The notes below the pieces were generated by a model. That model was not told the DNA's origin and did no database searches. It saw only the letters and a program-made list of their open reading frames with translations. Position numbers and translations under genes: made by a program. A stretch of DNA of 64,000 nt from Octopus vulgaris (lineage: Eukaryota): assembly GCA_951406725.2 (NCBI GenBank), contig OX597831.1:25978001-26042000 (forward strand). The letters run 5' to 3'. Shown one piece after another: positions 1 through 13,944 of this stretch. Position 1 is the first letter of the stretch. The number at the start of each line of letters is the position of its first letter.

Positions 1-1150
1 TCAATGGAAATTATTTGATTGTATGTGATTAAAATCATTTCATAATTTATTAATGAAGATTAATCTTTTCATTAACTCACAATTTCGTAAATCACAGATG
101 AGAGATAGATCTTTTTTGGAACAAGATATTTTATTACTTAGAATTTTGAGAGATTAGAATTTGTAAATTTTGATGTTTCACTTAGACTAAAATTCAAATA
201 AAATTTTCCTCATTCTAGGATTGGGTTCTTGCTTTATATTTTCTTACTCACAAAACAGTGTCTTTAAAAATATGCAAAATACTGCTAATTCAATAAAAAA
301 GAGAAATAAAACGTAAAATTCAATTAAGACTGTAAAAACCTACATTTAGTATTCCTTAAAAATGAACTGAATATATTAATCAAAGGTTGCTAATTTCAGT
401 CTTTGAAGAAAAAGGTAAAAATCCAGCATGTGTAAGTTTAAAAGATAACATAAAAAATTATTCTAAGAATTAAAGGGTTTTTGATATAGAATTTGTGTAA
501 TTCTATGCAATTTTGAGTGAAGTTCTTGTAATTACGTTGGTATATGAAAATGCAAAATTCTGGAAAAATTACAATGTATTTACCATTTTATTAATATGTT
601 CAAGGGATTTTGAATTAGCAAGCAATACAAATAATACTGTATGATCTGGAGAATTTGCATACATTATATAAATTTTGTGGGAGTAATTCTATAGTCATGT
701 GATAGAAAATCAAATTGATTATATATTCATTTATTGGTTAATATATTGGTAAATTCTTAAGCATGCTAAACTTTTGATTTCTTTTTGCACTCATACTGCA
801 TATGTCTTTCAACAAGGTGCACAAGTCATTACTACAAACCTGTGCATCAGTAGGCCAACCATCTTTCTATTGTCTATCAATGTGTATCAACAATGGATTC
901 CATTATAATGACAATACTTTTGTGAAATGATCGTAAGATGCATTAATTAACAAATTTTTAAACTGTCATGTTTCATATATTTACATATATTTAATACACT
1001 ACTATTTTAGATATGTATATCTTTGTGAGGAATTTTTTTATATTAAATTTCATGCTATCATTTCAAAATACAGTATATATCGAGTTAATTATAAGTTTCA
1101 ATTTTTCTAAACTCAGTTTTGTATACACCCCACACACATATATATATATA

Positions 1151-1547
1151 TCGTTGACAGAGCAGCTAACCGGCTTCCATGCCAGTGGCAAATAAAAGGC
1201 ACCATTCGAGTGTGATCATTACCAAAGTAGCTATCTGGCCTCCATGCCGGTGGCACGTAAAAGACACCATTCGAACATGATCGTTACCAGCATCACCTTA
1301 CTGGCACCTGTGCCAGTGCCATGTGTAAAAGATTCGAGCGAGGTCGTTGCCAGTGCCGCCTGACTGGCACGTAAAAGCTCCCATTACACTCTCAGAGTGG
1401 TTGGTGTTAGGAAGGGCATCCAGCTGTAGAAACTCTGCCAGATCAAGACTGGGGCCTGGTGTAGCCATCTGGTTCACCAGCCCTCAGTCAAATCGTCCAA
1501 CCCATGCTAGCATGGAAAGCGGACGTTAAATGATGATGATGATAATG
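1151..1547 (+). mobile_element. SINE-like family S3 (internal ~60-bp tandem units, (GAT)n tail)
   Basis: Shared body gagtggttgg..ttaggaagggcatccagctgtagaaac and 3' end cccatgctagcatggaaagcggacgttaaa(tga)n; homologous copies at 10918, 15752, 22219, 32770, 56388. Confidence 0.8.
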
Positions 1548-1596
1548 ATTTATATATATATATATATGTATGAATGTATGTATGTATGTATGGAAT

Positions 1597-2004
1597 AGGC
1601 ATAGGTATGATCGTGTGGTTAAGAAGTTTGCTTCCCAACCACGTGGTTTTAGGTTCAGTCCCACAGCATGGCACCGTGGGCATCTGTCTTCTGCTATAGC
1701 CATAACCTGACCAAAGACTTGTGAATGGATTTGGTTTATGAAAACAAAAAGAAGCCCTTTACACATACATGTGTATGTGTGTGTTTACATCATGTGATAG
1801 TTGCAAACTGGCATCCCTGCCATACAAGCAGTGTCTTTCGTTTACAATCTCCCATGAAAACATATCAAGTCATGGGAAATACTACCTTGCTTGGAAACAT
1901 GAGTTTTGGTGACAGGAAAGGAATCTGATCAGAAAATCCATTTCAATGAATTCTGTCTGACCCATGTGAGCATGGAAAGGTGGTTGTTAAAACAGTGATG
2001 ATGA
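1597..2004 (+). mobile_element. tRNA-headed SINE (S1-type head, S3-like tail)
   Basis: Head gtgtggttaagaagtttgcttcccaaccac..ggttcagtccc with A/B-box-like motifs; ends cccatgtgagcatggaaagg..gatgatga. Confidence 0.7.
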
Positions 2005-2281
2005 GAATACTGCCAATGCTACTGCCACTGTTGATAGCAACAGCTTCATATTTATGAACAGTTTCAATTTTGTTAATTTAAATTAAATCCCAAGGTAAAA
2101 ATAAATTATGAATAAAGATGGCTATAGAATATAATTTGACTGAATATGGACTCTGCGTAATTAATAAAGATACTTAACTGTGAATGTATTATCTTCTATA
2201 GCCAGGTTAATTACCAAGAAATTGCAAATAATATTAACTCACTTTAGTTTGAAAAAGCTGCATGGCTTTTTACTTGTTACA

Positions 2282-2502
2282 TATCAGGAGATGTTGAAAT
2301 GTTCCTGGTTTTGTGTAAAAGAAAATATAGGCAGGTCAGTTAATTATAATTTTATTCAACATATTTCCCTCTCAGATTCACAAACTTATTACAGCAGTTT
2401 TTTAGTTTTTCTAAGCCCTGTAAAGGAACTTCAAAGCTTTGGCCTCCAGGCAGGACTTTCTCAATACCCTAAAAGCCATGAACTTTCCAGCACTTCCTTG
2501 TA
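2282..2502 (-). mobile_element. mariner-derived MITE retaining transposase C-terminus
   Basis: TA-flanked imperfect TIRs (..gttgaaatgttcctggtttt / aaaagccatgaactttccagc); minus strand encodes LQGLEKLKNCCNKFVNLRGKYVE*, like mariner C-termini; partial opposite-strand copy at ~5445-5550. Confidence 0.7.
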
Positions 2503-2631
2503 TACTTGTATACTAATGAAAGTCCTACAAGTAGCAAGTAGCAATGGATACCCTGGAGCAAATGGATGCACTCAACATTGGAAAGACAGACATCAGTACA
2601 CCACAATTACATTATACATTTTTCGCATTAA

Positions 2632-2851
2632 CCCTTTCATTACCAACCCGGCTGAAACCGGCTCTGGCTCTGAGTACAAATGTCTTGTTTTTATAAGTTT
2701 TGAATTAAAATTTACCACCAAACCTTTGTTACAATTTATGTTCCTAACACTAGTTTAATGATAACCAAGTTATTTTACTAAATTCTTTGTTATATTTAAA
2801 GTAATTGAAAGAAACACAGAGCATCTCAAAATAAATATAGTAACAAAAGGG
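2632..2851. mobile_element. piggyBac-type MITE (~220 bp)
   Basis: TTAA on both sides; TIR ccctttcattac / gtaacaaaaggg; four copies in window. Confidence 0.9.
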
Positions 2852-5800
2852 TTAAGATTTTTATGAAAGGACCAACCCAAGGATGTCATAAAAATGTCTG
2901 GTGATGAAAAGTTTTTAGGCTAGTCATACAGAAGATGATTCTGTAGAAGTGGTCAGGTTAAAGCTAAAAGCCAAACCTTCTTTGCTACTGCATTGCATGT
3001 ATATAATTAGTTTAAGCTGGTGAAAGACTGACAATGGCTTTTACCAAAATATGAAAGTTCAGATTTCTCATTTTAATTCTACTCTCTGGCTTAGACTTCA
3101 TGCTTGAACGATTATAAATTTAAAAAAAAAAAGTAAAACTAAATATAATTCACTGGTGCATCATCTTAATTTAAGGTTATTCAATTCCAAATGAATGGAT
3201 ATTTTAGTAGTATGCATATGTAATGTGACTTGATAGCCAGAGCTAAATATAGAAGAGGATAAGTCTAATAATAACGGTAAGTTTGCAGAAGCAAACAAAT
3301 GACAATTTAGTATGAGATAAAGTTGACTTAACTAGGTTATGGCGGCAGAAAACAAAAAAAAAATGGTCTATGCAGAAATACAACTAACAAAACAGATATA
3401 AAAAAATATTATAGGATTATTTAGGAAATGAAGAAGCATGAAGAGAAAAGGAGAAATGAGACATCAAACCATACATTTATTAAATAGTCAAAAATAAATT
3501 GCCAAAAAGATGAGAAAGTATCAAAATGTAAGCTATTGTAAGACTGTTTTCATGAATAATAAAAACAAAGATATTGTCCCAAAACAGCATTGGTAGAACT
3601 GGAAATGGAATCATGAATATTTCTAAAGAAATTACATTTGCTTGATATGACATATAATGATAGAAACAAACATAAAACAAAAATCATAATTCATAAATGT
3701 ATAAACATTAATTCAGCTAATCAACAAACATACTTAAAAGGTATTTCTACATTTAGGCTAAGAGAACCTTAATAATGAAACACATACAGAAATGCTCATG
3801 CGATTCAATTTTATTAATGTCTTTGAATATAAAAAGAAATACTTCTGAGTAATAAACTGAAATGCTATCAATTATTGAGTCATTATCTCCACAGATTTTA
3901 GAGTGCATGTTTCCAAGACATTAGTTACAACCGAGAAAATAGGAGCTGTGCACAAAGCTTAACTTGGAGTCATTGGCTCAAACCCCGTCTGTTGCAAACC
4001 ATGCTTCTTAACCTTCCAAATTCTGTACAAGCTAGTGAGATCCCTATTTTTACATATTCTTTTCTCTTTGCTACTATATTGTCGAAGAACCTAGTCTGTG
4101 ACATATTTTTACTTCAGAAACATCTAAGGTGAGCGTTTCCTTGGTATTTAGAAATGCAATGCTTACAAGCCATAAAAGGGGTTTCGTTTTCATTATGTGA
4201 CAGAGAATGACTCCCATAAGAAAATCTTTTCACGTGTAATACACCGTTACCAGGGTGATAAGAAAGAAGTGTATGAAATGGTTCAGTCTTGTAATAAGGT
4301 CACACAGTAACAACATGGCACTGTTGTTCGACTGAGATTTTTCAAATTACAGATTGCATAATAGATCACCACAAAAATAAACTACTCAGATCCATAAAGA
4401 GATAAGTTTATTACTTTCAACAGCAGAGATCAGTGCATCTAATCAAAGGTGATAGTAATGGTTTGACTACTATGAAGAGATCAGGTGTCTGGAGAGGGCT
4501 GAGTGACTAAGAATAATAAAACCATCTGCTCAATTTTTGATCACCATGTCTAAAAAGTATCATTATTCAAAAACGTGGATTAACTGCATCATCACTGGTT
4601 TCTAAAGTTAAAATATATTTACACTGGCAGAGTTAACTAGAGTTACCTGGGTATTGTTAACTAGATTTACCTGGGTATTGTATCAAAAGGAAATAAGACA
4701 GCAATAATTTCACTGAAAATAACTGAAATAAGTAAATAAGTGTTTTTAAACAGATAATAAATTATATTTCTCAGATAAGGATTTTGTACAGATATAGCCT
4801 TGAATTACCGTGCTAAATTTTATTGAAGTAACATTATCAGTTGAAATGCTCAATCAACAACTAATCTGATAAAGCAAAACCAGTGAATTCAAACTCAATT
4901 CTAAAGATTCTTTCAGTATCAAATATACCTTTTTGGAAATTGTTGTTTTTTCAAAATGTATAACGAGTATTTTTGAGTTGGTTGTTTATTTATATTTTCA
5001 CAAACTAAATTATTAAATGAAATCTAACTTAAGATTTGCATGTTCATAGTATTACTACTGAAATAACTATTGTTGATTATACTAAAACTTATCGATACTT
5101 TCGTTTGACCAATATAAGCTGCGTGTTGTTACTCATATTAAAACCAAGTCCATTTGAAGTTTACAAGGAAACCATTTATTTATATAACTTTTTGTATTTG
5201 GTTTGCAAGATTCTTTATGTGAATCCAAGACACAACGACATTTGTTTCTATATAAATATTACAATGATTGCAATAGTTGCTTGCTGGAGACTGTATCACT
5301 GATTACCAGAAGTGAGTTATGTGTGTATGTTGGATAATAATTAGACAGTGACATCTTCATCTAGGGAGAGAGGTAAGAATTAAGAATACCCTCTGTCAGT
5401 GCTTGGAGAAGTGAGAATATTTCTTTAGTATACATTTGTATACTATGGAAAGTTCATGGCTTTAAGGGTATTGAGAAAGTCCTGGTTGGAGGTCAAAGCT
5501 TCTCAGTTCTCTTACAGGGCTTAGAAAAGCTGAAGAACTGCTGTAATAAAGAATCCAGGAGAAATAACCTGAGGTCAAGCATTTGACCAAGAACCCTGTG
5601 TTTGTCTCTCAACCTCTGCTGCACACATTGAGCTTATTGAGTACATTGCATGCATCTCATCACTCTGTCCATGAGAGTTTGACATTCACTTCAATTTAAG
5701 ACCATCTTTTGGCAGGAAACCATAGAATTTTCTATAGATCATACAATTGTAGCTGAAATACTATTGGTCAGAATTCAGGGCACCTCATGTAACGTGGCCT

Positions 5801-6388
5801 ATTTCTTGCAAACTAGCTAATGCAGTTTCAACTCTAAGCCCTGCAACAACTCATAAAATGATACTGAATTTATTTAGTAGACACATACAAAAATATGCAT
5901 ACACACACATGTGCACGTGCACACACATAGACACACACGAGCACACACACACACACACACACTCTCTCTTTCTCTCAGTCATTCTGTCAGCTGAAATTAG
6001 TTGGCTGAAGCTAAAAGCCCCACATGTGCTAAGAAACTTGTTTTATCAATGAACCATTTTGGATTAAAAATAAACAAAAATATACCATTCTGCTTTGTCA
6101 GCAGAGTTCTCATATTGACATGGTGTGACTTCGGCTGTAAACCAGAGATTTCATATAAATATGAGCCAACACATATCATTCTCGAGGGAGTAAAGAAACC
6201 AGGAGAAATAATGAGATTTGTGTGTGTGTACATGCAAAATGCACAAGTACATGGATTTACGCAAATTTAACAATACAAATCATATACTCATCTGACATGT
6301 CTTCATGCATGCACGCACGCACACACGTAATGTATTCAACACATGATATACATCTACACATATGTACAGACAGGAATATACATACTAA

Positions 6389-6439
<51 letters not shown>

Positions 6440-6530
6440 GTCCGTGCATGCATGTATAGATAGACATAAACATTTACACTTCTAAATATCATTATGGATA
6501 GAATAAGCTTGTGAGTAAATACATGTTCTG

Positions 6531-6726
6531 AAATATACCCAAGCATTGTTACGTGCATACATGCACGTTCATGTATCCATGCTCCCAATCACATGCATTC
6601 ACGTATACCCACATCTACATTAATATAAATATACCCAAGCATTGTTACGTACTCACATGCACGTGCATGCATCCATGATTCCAATCACATGCATTCACAT
6701 ATACCCTCATCTACATTAATATAAAT
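6531..6726. repeat. two-copy tandem duplication, ~96-bp unit
   Basis: aaatatacccaagcattgttacgt...tctacattaatataaat starts at 6531 and 6627. Confidence 0.85.
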
Positions 6727-6993
6727 GCAATCCTACATGTACACATGTGTATATACATGTGAAAGTGCATATACAGTTTCATGCAGTTAGCCATTCAGGT
6801 ATCTGAACAAACAACTTGACTCAATTACTGTTTAGCTCCCATGTTTAAGGAATCAGAAAACAAAGATGTAATTATGTTAGTTTTCATGTTGAAACGCATA
6901 ACTTCAAAATATGTTGTCCACAAGAACAAAGATATATTTTTTTACACCAGAAGTAATGTAAGCACCAACTATGGATACTAAGTTATGAAATTC

Positions 6994-7377
6994 TTACATT
7001 CTTTTGATATCCTGCAACTTAGACTGTCTTATGGTCCCAGCAGACAAAATGGGACAGGCATTGCCTCAGAGGATAATGAGAGAGATGCGCTGGAACAGCC
7101 ACTCTGACCCACAAGACTCATTCTTGTGTGTAGCCATCTCCACCATAAGAATGGTGAACAGGGATATGGTCCGGGGACTAACAATGCCAGAGGTATCCAC
7201 TGCCACAGGCTTGACCATAAACCTGTCAGAGAATAACCAATGCATTGTCAGTTTTCTTTTCTCAGCCTGATGAATAGTGGATCCTGGAATTGGTAGCTGA
7301 CCACACCAATTTCTGCTGGAAAATGTGTTACAACATGTGGCATCTCAGGTGAGGAGTCTACGGCCACGGAATGGATA
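6994..7377 (-). mobile_element. decayed CRE-like non-LTR retrotransposon, restriction-like endonuclease domain
   Basis: Minus frame YPFRGRRLLT*DATCCNTF..QAEKRK..KPVAVDTSG..WLFQRISLIIL*GNACPIL matches the WDAT / AE..K / PVAVET.G / QRIS...RGNA pattern; two in-frame stops. Confidence 0.8.
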
Positions 7378-7410
7378 GTTAGAATAGAGAGAAATAAAAT
7401 GAAATATTAA

Positions 7411-7632
7411 GCCTTTCAATACCAATCCAGCTGAAACCGGCTCTGGCTCTATAGTACAAATGTCTTGTTTTCATAAGTATTGAATTAAATTCTTCCACCA
7501 AACCTTAGTCTCAATATATGTTCCTAATACTAGCTTCATGATACTTAAGTTATTTTACTAAATTCTTTGTTATATTTAAAATTAATTGAAAGAAACACAG
7601 AGCATCTCAAAATAAATATGTTAATGAAAGAG
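7411..7632. mobile_element. piggyBac-type MITE
   Basis: TTAA-flanked, homologous to 2632-2851. Confidence 0.85.
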
Positions 7633-7986
7633 TTAAGAAATATATGTTCACTTGTCCTGTACGGCCCTCTTAGGCACTGGCACGCTTTGCACCCATCCAA
7701 ATGAAGAGGTTCAATCACTGGCTACAGATCTACTACTCAGATATGAGTTAGTGCCACCACTATGTTCTGGTATTAAGCAATTGTTCTACTATTCTTTATC
7801 ACTAATGTTTCTATATAAATGTGCATGTGTAGAGGTGTGTGTATTTTTTCGTATGTGTGTGCATCTTCAATATTTAGGATGAAAATGGAATTGCATTTTA
7901 TAATTGTAAAACAATTTTCCATGCTTTTTCTACATTAATCTCCATGGACTTATGCTTTTACTCTCTTACCAAACTAAATTATCTCT

Positions 7987-8370
7987 AGGCATAAGCATGG
8001 CTGTGTAGAAAGAATTTTGCTTCCCAACTATATGGTTTCAGGTTCAGTCTCCCTGCATGGCACCTTGAGCAAGTGTCTTCTAATATAACCCTGTGCCAAC
8101 CAAAGCTTTGTGAGTGGATTTAACTAACAGAAACCGAGAGAAACTTGTCATATGTACATGTTTGTCTCCCACTACGAACACCACAACAACCGGTGTTGGT
8201 TCATTTATATCCCCATAGCTTAGCAATTCTGTAAAAAAAAGACCAATAGAATAATTGCCAGGCTTAGAAATATAATAAGTACTAGGGTCAATTTGTACTG
8301 CTAAAACCTTGAAAGCAATGCTCCAGCATGGCCACAGTCTAAGGCTAAAAACCTGTAAAAGATATGAGAG
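7987..8370 (+). mobile_element. SINE family S1 (diverged)
   Basis: tRNA-like head, gtgagtggattt..gaaac body, gctccagcatggccacagt tail. Confidence 0.75.
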
Positions 8371-9033
8371 AAAAGATATCAATATTGAGTGTGAAATATA
8401 GATAAGACATGAGAATTCTGTATGATATTGGATTCTTGTTTTCCATTTTCCCATTCAAAATCCATTTTCTAAATGTACATATGTCTGTATCTATGTGTAT
8501 ATTTATGTGAGGCATTCCATGTGTTCTGCTTATTTCTATTCTGTTAAGTCTTCAGCAAATAGAGTTTGTTATTCAGTTGAGATTTTCTGTTGAAATTATT
8601 TGGTGTTGTTGAAAAAAAAAAAAAACTAATCATCAGAACTTCTTTCCCTAAACATCTAAGAATTTATTCCTATGTAAGAAATCAATTATTAGTATTCTCC
8701 TAAGTCTCTCTTTTTATTTCTATAATATGGACTTTTCTCTTACAAAGATATTATCTATCACTGCAATATATTTCAGTCAAAAGTAACCAGGTACTTATAG
8801 AATTCTATAATCTCAGATTTATGAGCATACCACTAATTTTAATAACATCATTTACGAGTGCACCATGTTGTTGTTTTTTTTTGTGTATTTCTTTGTTAGT
8901 TTGAATTTTTTTAGTGTAAGGAATTAACAATTATAAATGTAAAAATTTGGAACCGGTAGTGTGTATGCAAAAATGTTTTGGTAAAATTCATATCAGTGAT
9001 TCCTAATAAATTCTGAGCTTCCCTGGACAATAT

Positions 9034-9260
9034 ACTCTTTTACTTGTTTCAGTCATTTGACTGCGGCCATGCTGGAGCACTGCCTTTAGTCAAGCAAATC
9101 GACCCCAGGACTTATTCTTTGCAAGCCTAGTACTTATTCTATCGGTCTCTTTTTGCCAAACTGCTAAGTTATGGGGACATAAACACACCACCATCGGTTG
9201 TCAAGCGATGTTGGGGTGGGACAAACACAGACACACAAACATGTACACACACACACACAT

Positions 9261-9306
<46 letters not shown>

Positions 9307-9471
9307 CATATATACGACGGGCTTCTTTCCGTCTACCAAATCCACTCACAAGGCTTTGGTCAGCCCAAGGCTACCGTAGAAGACATTTGCCCAAGGTGCC
9401 ACGCAGTGGGACTGAACCCAGAACCATGTGGTTGGTAAGCAAGCTACTTACCACACAGCCACTCCTACGGC
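9034..9471 (-). mobile_element. SINE family S1 (tRNA-derived, internal (TA)n/(TG)n)
   Basis: Head gtaggagtggctgtgtggtaagtagcttgcttaccaaccacatggttctgggttcagtccc; tail cagtcaaatgactgaaacaagtaaaagag; more than 12 copies in window. Confidence 0.9.
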
Positions 9472-10090
9472 TATACATTTTTTTCATATTTAATTCTTGT
9501 GTAAAACATTAAGATTGCTTCTAAGATTTAGCGAATGTCTATTATTGCAAATACAATGTACTTTAGAAATTTTCACTGACAGTTTTATTTCTCTAAACAT
9601 GTAGAACCGAACGTATTATTCAAATGAACAAATGCTACATAAATTATCAAGGAAGTGATAATAAATATAGAAAACATTGAAAAAGAGTGAAGTGGTTGGG
9701 TGAGTCATTCATTGTCAGTGAAACTGGGATACAAACAGATTAAGGGAGCAAATGCTATTGCCAATATAATAAATGGCAGTCACATCACACAGGTGCTAGC
9801 AAGTCCAAGAGATTTTTTTTAGAAACCATCCAACAATGAAATGGATGGCTATTTTTAACATTATCTAGAATATTGGAGATTCCACTTGTCTCATATATCA
9901 GAGTTGTATTGCATGTTTTTGAATTTCATTCCATAACTGCATTCTCTATCATTCTCAATGTGTATTAAAAGAAGATATGTCAAAAACTTTCTCAATAAGT
10001 TGTGCACACTAGTTGAATATTAACAACCTGATATCATTTTCTACTTTCAAGAGTTGGTATTTTAAGAATTTGTCATCCTTTAGTAGCTTA

Positions 10091-10470
10091 CAAGCAAAAC
10101 GTCCCCCGTCCAATGGACGGTGCTGAGTTGTCAAACATTTAAACCAAATTTTCTCAAAACAACTTATCCGACTGTCCCATAGGCCTCCTCTTTGAGAAAC
10201 ACTGATTTAACCTAAATTTGAGACACCAACAAAAGAAGAAATAACGATAGACTTTTTTCTATTCCAAGAAAAACGATTTTACAAAGGCACGTTCCCACGG
10301 CTTTATCGATCGCATTCTCACCTGGAATCGATTTTTGTAATTTTTACAAGACTTATACATGCCCTGATACCGTCGGTATCTACATATCAAATTTGAGCGC
10401 AATCGGTTGGAGGATGCCCGAGATCCTAGAAGCCACACACACACAGACAGAATGGATTTTATATAATAGA
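10091..10470 (-). mobile_element. non-autonomous Helitron-like element (family Hb)
   Basis: Minus strand starts TC, subterminal hairpin ccgtcca-a-tggacgg, ends CTTG, in A|T context; homologous to 59291-59664. Confidence 0.7.
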
Positions 10471-10634
10471 TAATTCATTCATATATAAAAATTATCTTGT
10501 AACATTTTAATGTCAGTTTACCTCTGCTGCTAATTAGGACATGGAAGTAACAGAAGCTGTCAGCTGAGTCTAAAGAGCCTTCCAGACATCTAACCCTTTA
10601 GCATTTAAACCAGCCATATCCAACCAAAAAAACA

Positions 10635-11485
10635 TGAAAGTACAGTCATCTCTTAAGTAAATGCAGTAAGCTAACAGAAAAAGAGGATAAATGCGAGCAT
10701 GAATGTAATGGTAAAAGTGTGTATTTGAATGTGAGCCAAGTGTATGAATTCAAAGTGACTGAAAAGTGGTATGAACATGAGGCAGAGGCTGTAATAATGA
10801 ATAATAATTACATGATTCTAAGGGATTTCTCCACAAAGATTGACCATCCTACTGATGCAAGACAAGCAGATATGATTGTAGACAGAAGAAACAGTGTAAA
10901 ATCATAGACTTTGAAATCATCATCCTCATTGTTTAACGTCCACTTTCCATGCTAGCATGGGTTGGACGATTTTCACTGAGGGCTGGCGAACCAGATGGCT
11001 GCACCAGGCTCCAATCTTGATCTGTCAGAGTTTCTACAGCTGTATGCCCTTCCTAATGCCAACCACTCTGAGAGTGTAGTGAGTGCTTTTTACATGCCAC
11101 TGGCATGGGGCCAGTCAGGTGGTACTGGCAATGACCTTGCTCAATCCTTTTACACATGCCACCAGCAGAGGTACCAGTAAGGCGACGCTGGTAACAATCA
11201 CGTTCGAAAGGTGCTTTTATGTGCCACTGGCACAGAATCCAGGTAGCCACTCTGGCAATGATCACACTCAGATGGTGCTCTTGGCACCCTACTAGCACAG
11301 GCACAAGTGCCAGTAAGGTGACGCTGGTAATGATCACACTCGAATGGCGCCTTTTATGTGCCACTGGCACGGAAGCCGGTTAGCCACTCTGTCAACGATC
11401 ACACTCGTATGGCGCTCTTTGCACCCCACTAGCATGGAAATATCACATGATAATACAATGGATACCATAGAAATCAAGAACAGAA
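10635..11485 (+). mobile_element. decayed R4/Dong-like non-LTR retrotransposon fragment (zinc knuckle remnant + RLE), split by an S3 SINE
   Basis: HLLSKCSKLTEKEDKCEH..KWYEHEAEAVIMNNNYMILRDFSTKIDHPTDARQADMIVD resembles H...C.KLA..EY..RH / KWYEH.PE.V.EN...ILWDF...TD....RRPD; appears to resume at ~11439. Confidence 0.7.
10918..11437 (-). mobile_element. SINE-like family S3
   Basis: (CAT)n then tttaacgtccactttccatgctagcatggg; internal repeated units. Confidence 0.85.
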
Positions 11486-12348
11486 TAGTTATGTTACCCC
11501 CTGAACGTACTTTTTAACCTTGAACATCCTTGTACACCTCTATGCATATTTCATAAGCTGTATGTAATTCTTGTTCCAAGAAAGAAACACTTGATATATT
11601 TCTCAAGTCATGAATTATAAAAGATAAAAATAATAATAATAATGATGATGAGAATAATAATAATAATAATAATTTTGTTCACGTATTTCCTTCCTATTCC
11701 TAATTCAGACTTGTGTCTAGTCAAAAGACATTAATATAGCAGCATAAAGGATTGATTCAGAGTTCAGTTTTGATTTGTACATAGATTTATAAAAATAAGC
11801 TGACATAGAAAACTTTGTTTACTTCTAAATATATCTGTTACATTTACAAATCAAACCCATACATATATCATTAATGAGCAAGACCTGAATTCAAACCAGA
11901 AATTTGTCCATATGCTATTTGTAGCAAAGTCTATTACTGAAATTAGATTGCCTCTTGTACAAATGACATGCAGAAAGTTAGAATTTTCAGGCCTCCGCAG
12001 TGCTAAGTGGTTCTGAAATGTTGCATTATTGATCAGTTTGAATATTTTAAATGAAGGTTCGTGGCCACCTTTTGATGGAACCTTATTGGTTTCTGGTACT
12101 CCATATATAAACATTGATAAAAAAAAAAAACATATATAAATATACATTACTAGAAAAAAAAAAAAAAAAAGAAGAAATCAATACCTGTATAGCAGACAGA
12201 GAACTGCCAAATTTCCATTTCTACTGCTATTATTTGCATAAAGTAATACCTGTCTAGAGAGCGTGGCCTGATACATTAAGTTTCTATCATATACGTGATT
12301 GCTTTGTTTTATTTTGTTTTATTAAATTGTTAACTTCACTGTTTTAGC

Positions 12349-12400
<52 letters not shown>

Positions 12401-12628
12401 TAGCAATAATAATAATAATTTACCGAATTTGTTTATATTCTATATGTTTCACTTTTGTTATTGTGTTTGTATAGTAACTTCTAAGTTTAATATGTTTCTA
12501 TTTGAATATTGAGACATCAACATCAAACATATATTGTAGTCTTACTGTTTTATCTATATCTGTTATGAACAAAATTGATGTATGTCTATGAATATGAGTT
12601 TATAGACGCGCACACATACACACATACA

Positions 12629-12666
<38 letters not shown>

Positions 12667-13150
12667 AAACACACACACATATATGCAGAGTTCTGAAATC
12701 CATCACCTGCATATAAAACTAATGGTTTAAAATTCATATTCAAACAGTAATGCCTTCACTCATCAGAGTGGCCCTATTATACTACAGAAGAAGTAACGCA
12801 TGGCAACACTGCTTCACGAAATGATGTACTTGGGAACTTTATTGTTCCAAACAAACTGCCAGGAACTCATTCCAAAACTATAAAAAAAAAAATAAGACAT
12901 TGATAACACAGGAACTGATTAATGTTTCAATACAGTACCCATGAACACACAATACACACACAGACACACTCATACATAATACACATGCACATACTACATA
13001 CAAACATTGTACATACACAACACACACAACACAATTTATATCAAAAAGAAACATGAACCTTCTTAGAAGATATTTAGATAACATCAATATGAACAGTGTA
13101 CTGCCTCTTTATATTTACAAGCAGCTACGTTTCACACACACATATATATA

Positions 13151-13561
13151 CTATCAGGTAAGCCCAGTTTTACCTGGTCTATTTGGATGATGTGGCTGTG
13201 ATGTGATCGTTTTCGGTTAGGCATAATCTATAACAGTGTTTCTCAACCATATCATTTCGGGTCCCCCGTTTTGATCGGAGCCTCCAGCTGTATGAATATT
13301 TCCTGACTCCTGTCAGAAAACAGCTTCAGGAGTTGTGAAGAACGAATTTGTATGTAGTCTGGGGGAATTCCATTAGAAAAGATTTTAATCGATTTTCTCA
13401 ATAACTATGGGGGTTAGGAAAAAAATACAAACCGCATTCCAATTTATGCACATGTCTCCACATATGTGCCATTTTTCACGTGAATCCACCCAGCCGTTTG
13501 ACTGTGAACCTGAAGACAAGAAAGAATACAACGATAGCCCATCTCCAATTTATATTATAGA
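13151..13561 (-). mobile_element. non-autonomous Helitron-like element
   Basis: Minus strand starts TCTATAATATAAA; hairpin near an ATAG (CTAG variant) end; A|T context. Confidence 0.55.
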
Positions 13562-13719
13562 TTTATACACTCATGCACACATACCCATAGGCACACATTT
13601 TCAGACTGTCAAGCAACCTCCACAACTGACATGACTACTTTTACATGAAAAACTTTTCACTCAGTTTAACAAATATGCCAACTCATATACATCTATTGAT
13701 GCAAATACTAGATTAATAA

Positions 13720-13899
13720 GGCATAGGTATGGCCGTGTGGTTAAGACTTTTGCTTTCCAGCCTTGTGGATCTGGGTTCAGTTCCAATGAGCAGTTTTATG
13801 AGCAAGTGGATTTGGTAGATTTGAACTGAAGGATGAATGATCTCTGTGTATATGTGTGTGTTTGTAGATTTTTGTCTATGTGTGTGTGTAGATGTGTAA

Positions 13900-13944
<45 letters not shown>

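Noticed and set aside
2180-2758. 192-aa ORF
   Set aside because: Runs through a mariner MITE (antisense) and a piggyBac MITE; no domain recognisable
4632-4680. 24-bp tandem duplication (and a 27-bp one at ~55684-55739)
   Set aside because: Simple two-copy slippage duplications with no further structure
11851-12147. 98-aa minus-strand ORF in unique sequence
   Set aside because: No recognisable domain or convincing splice boundaries
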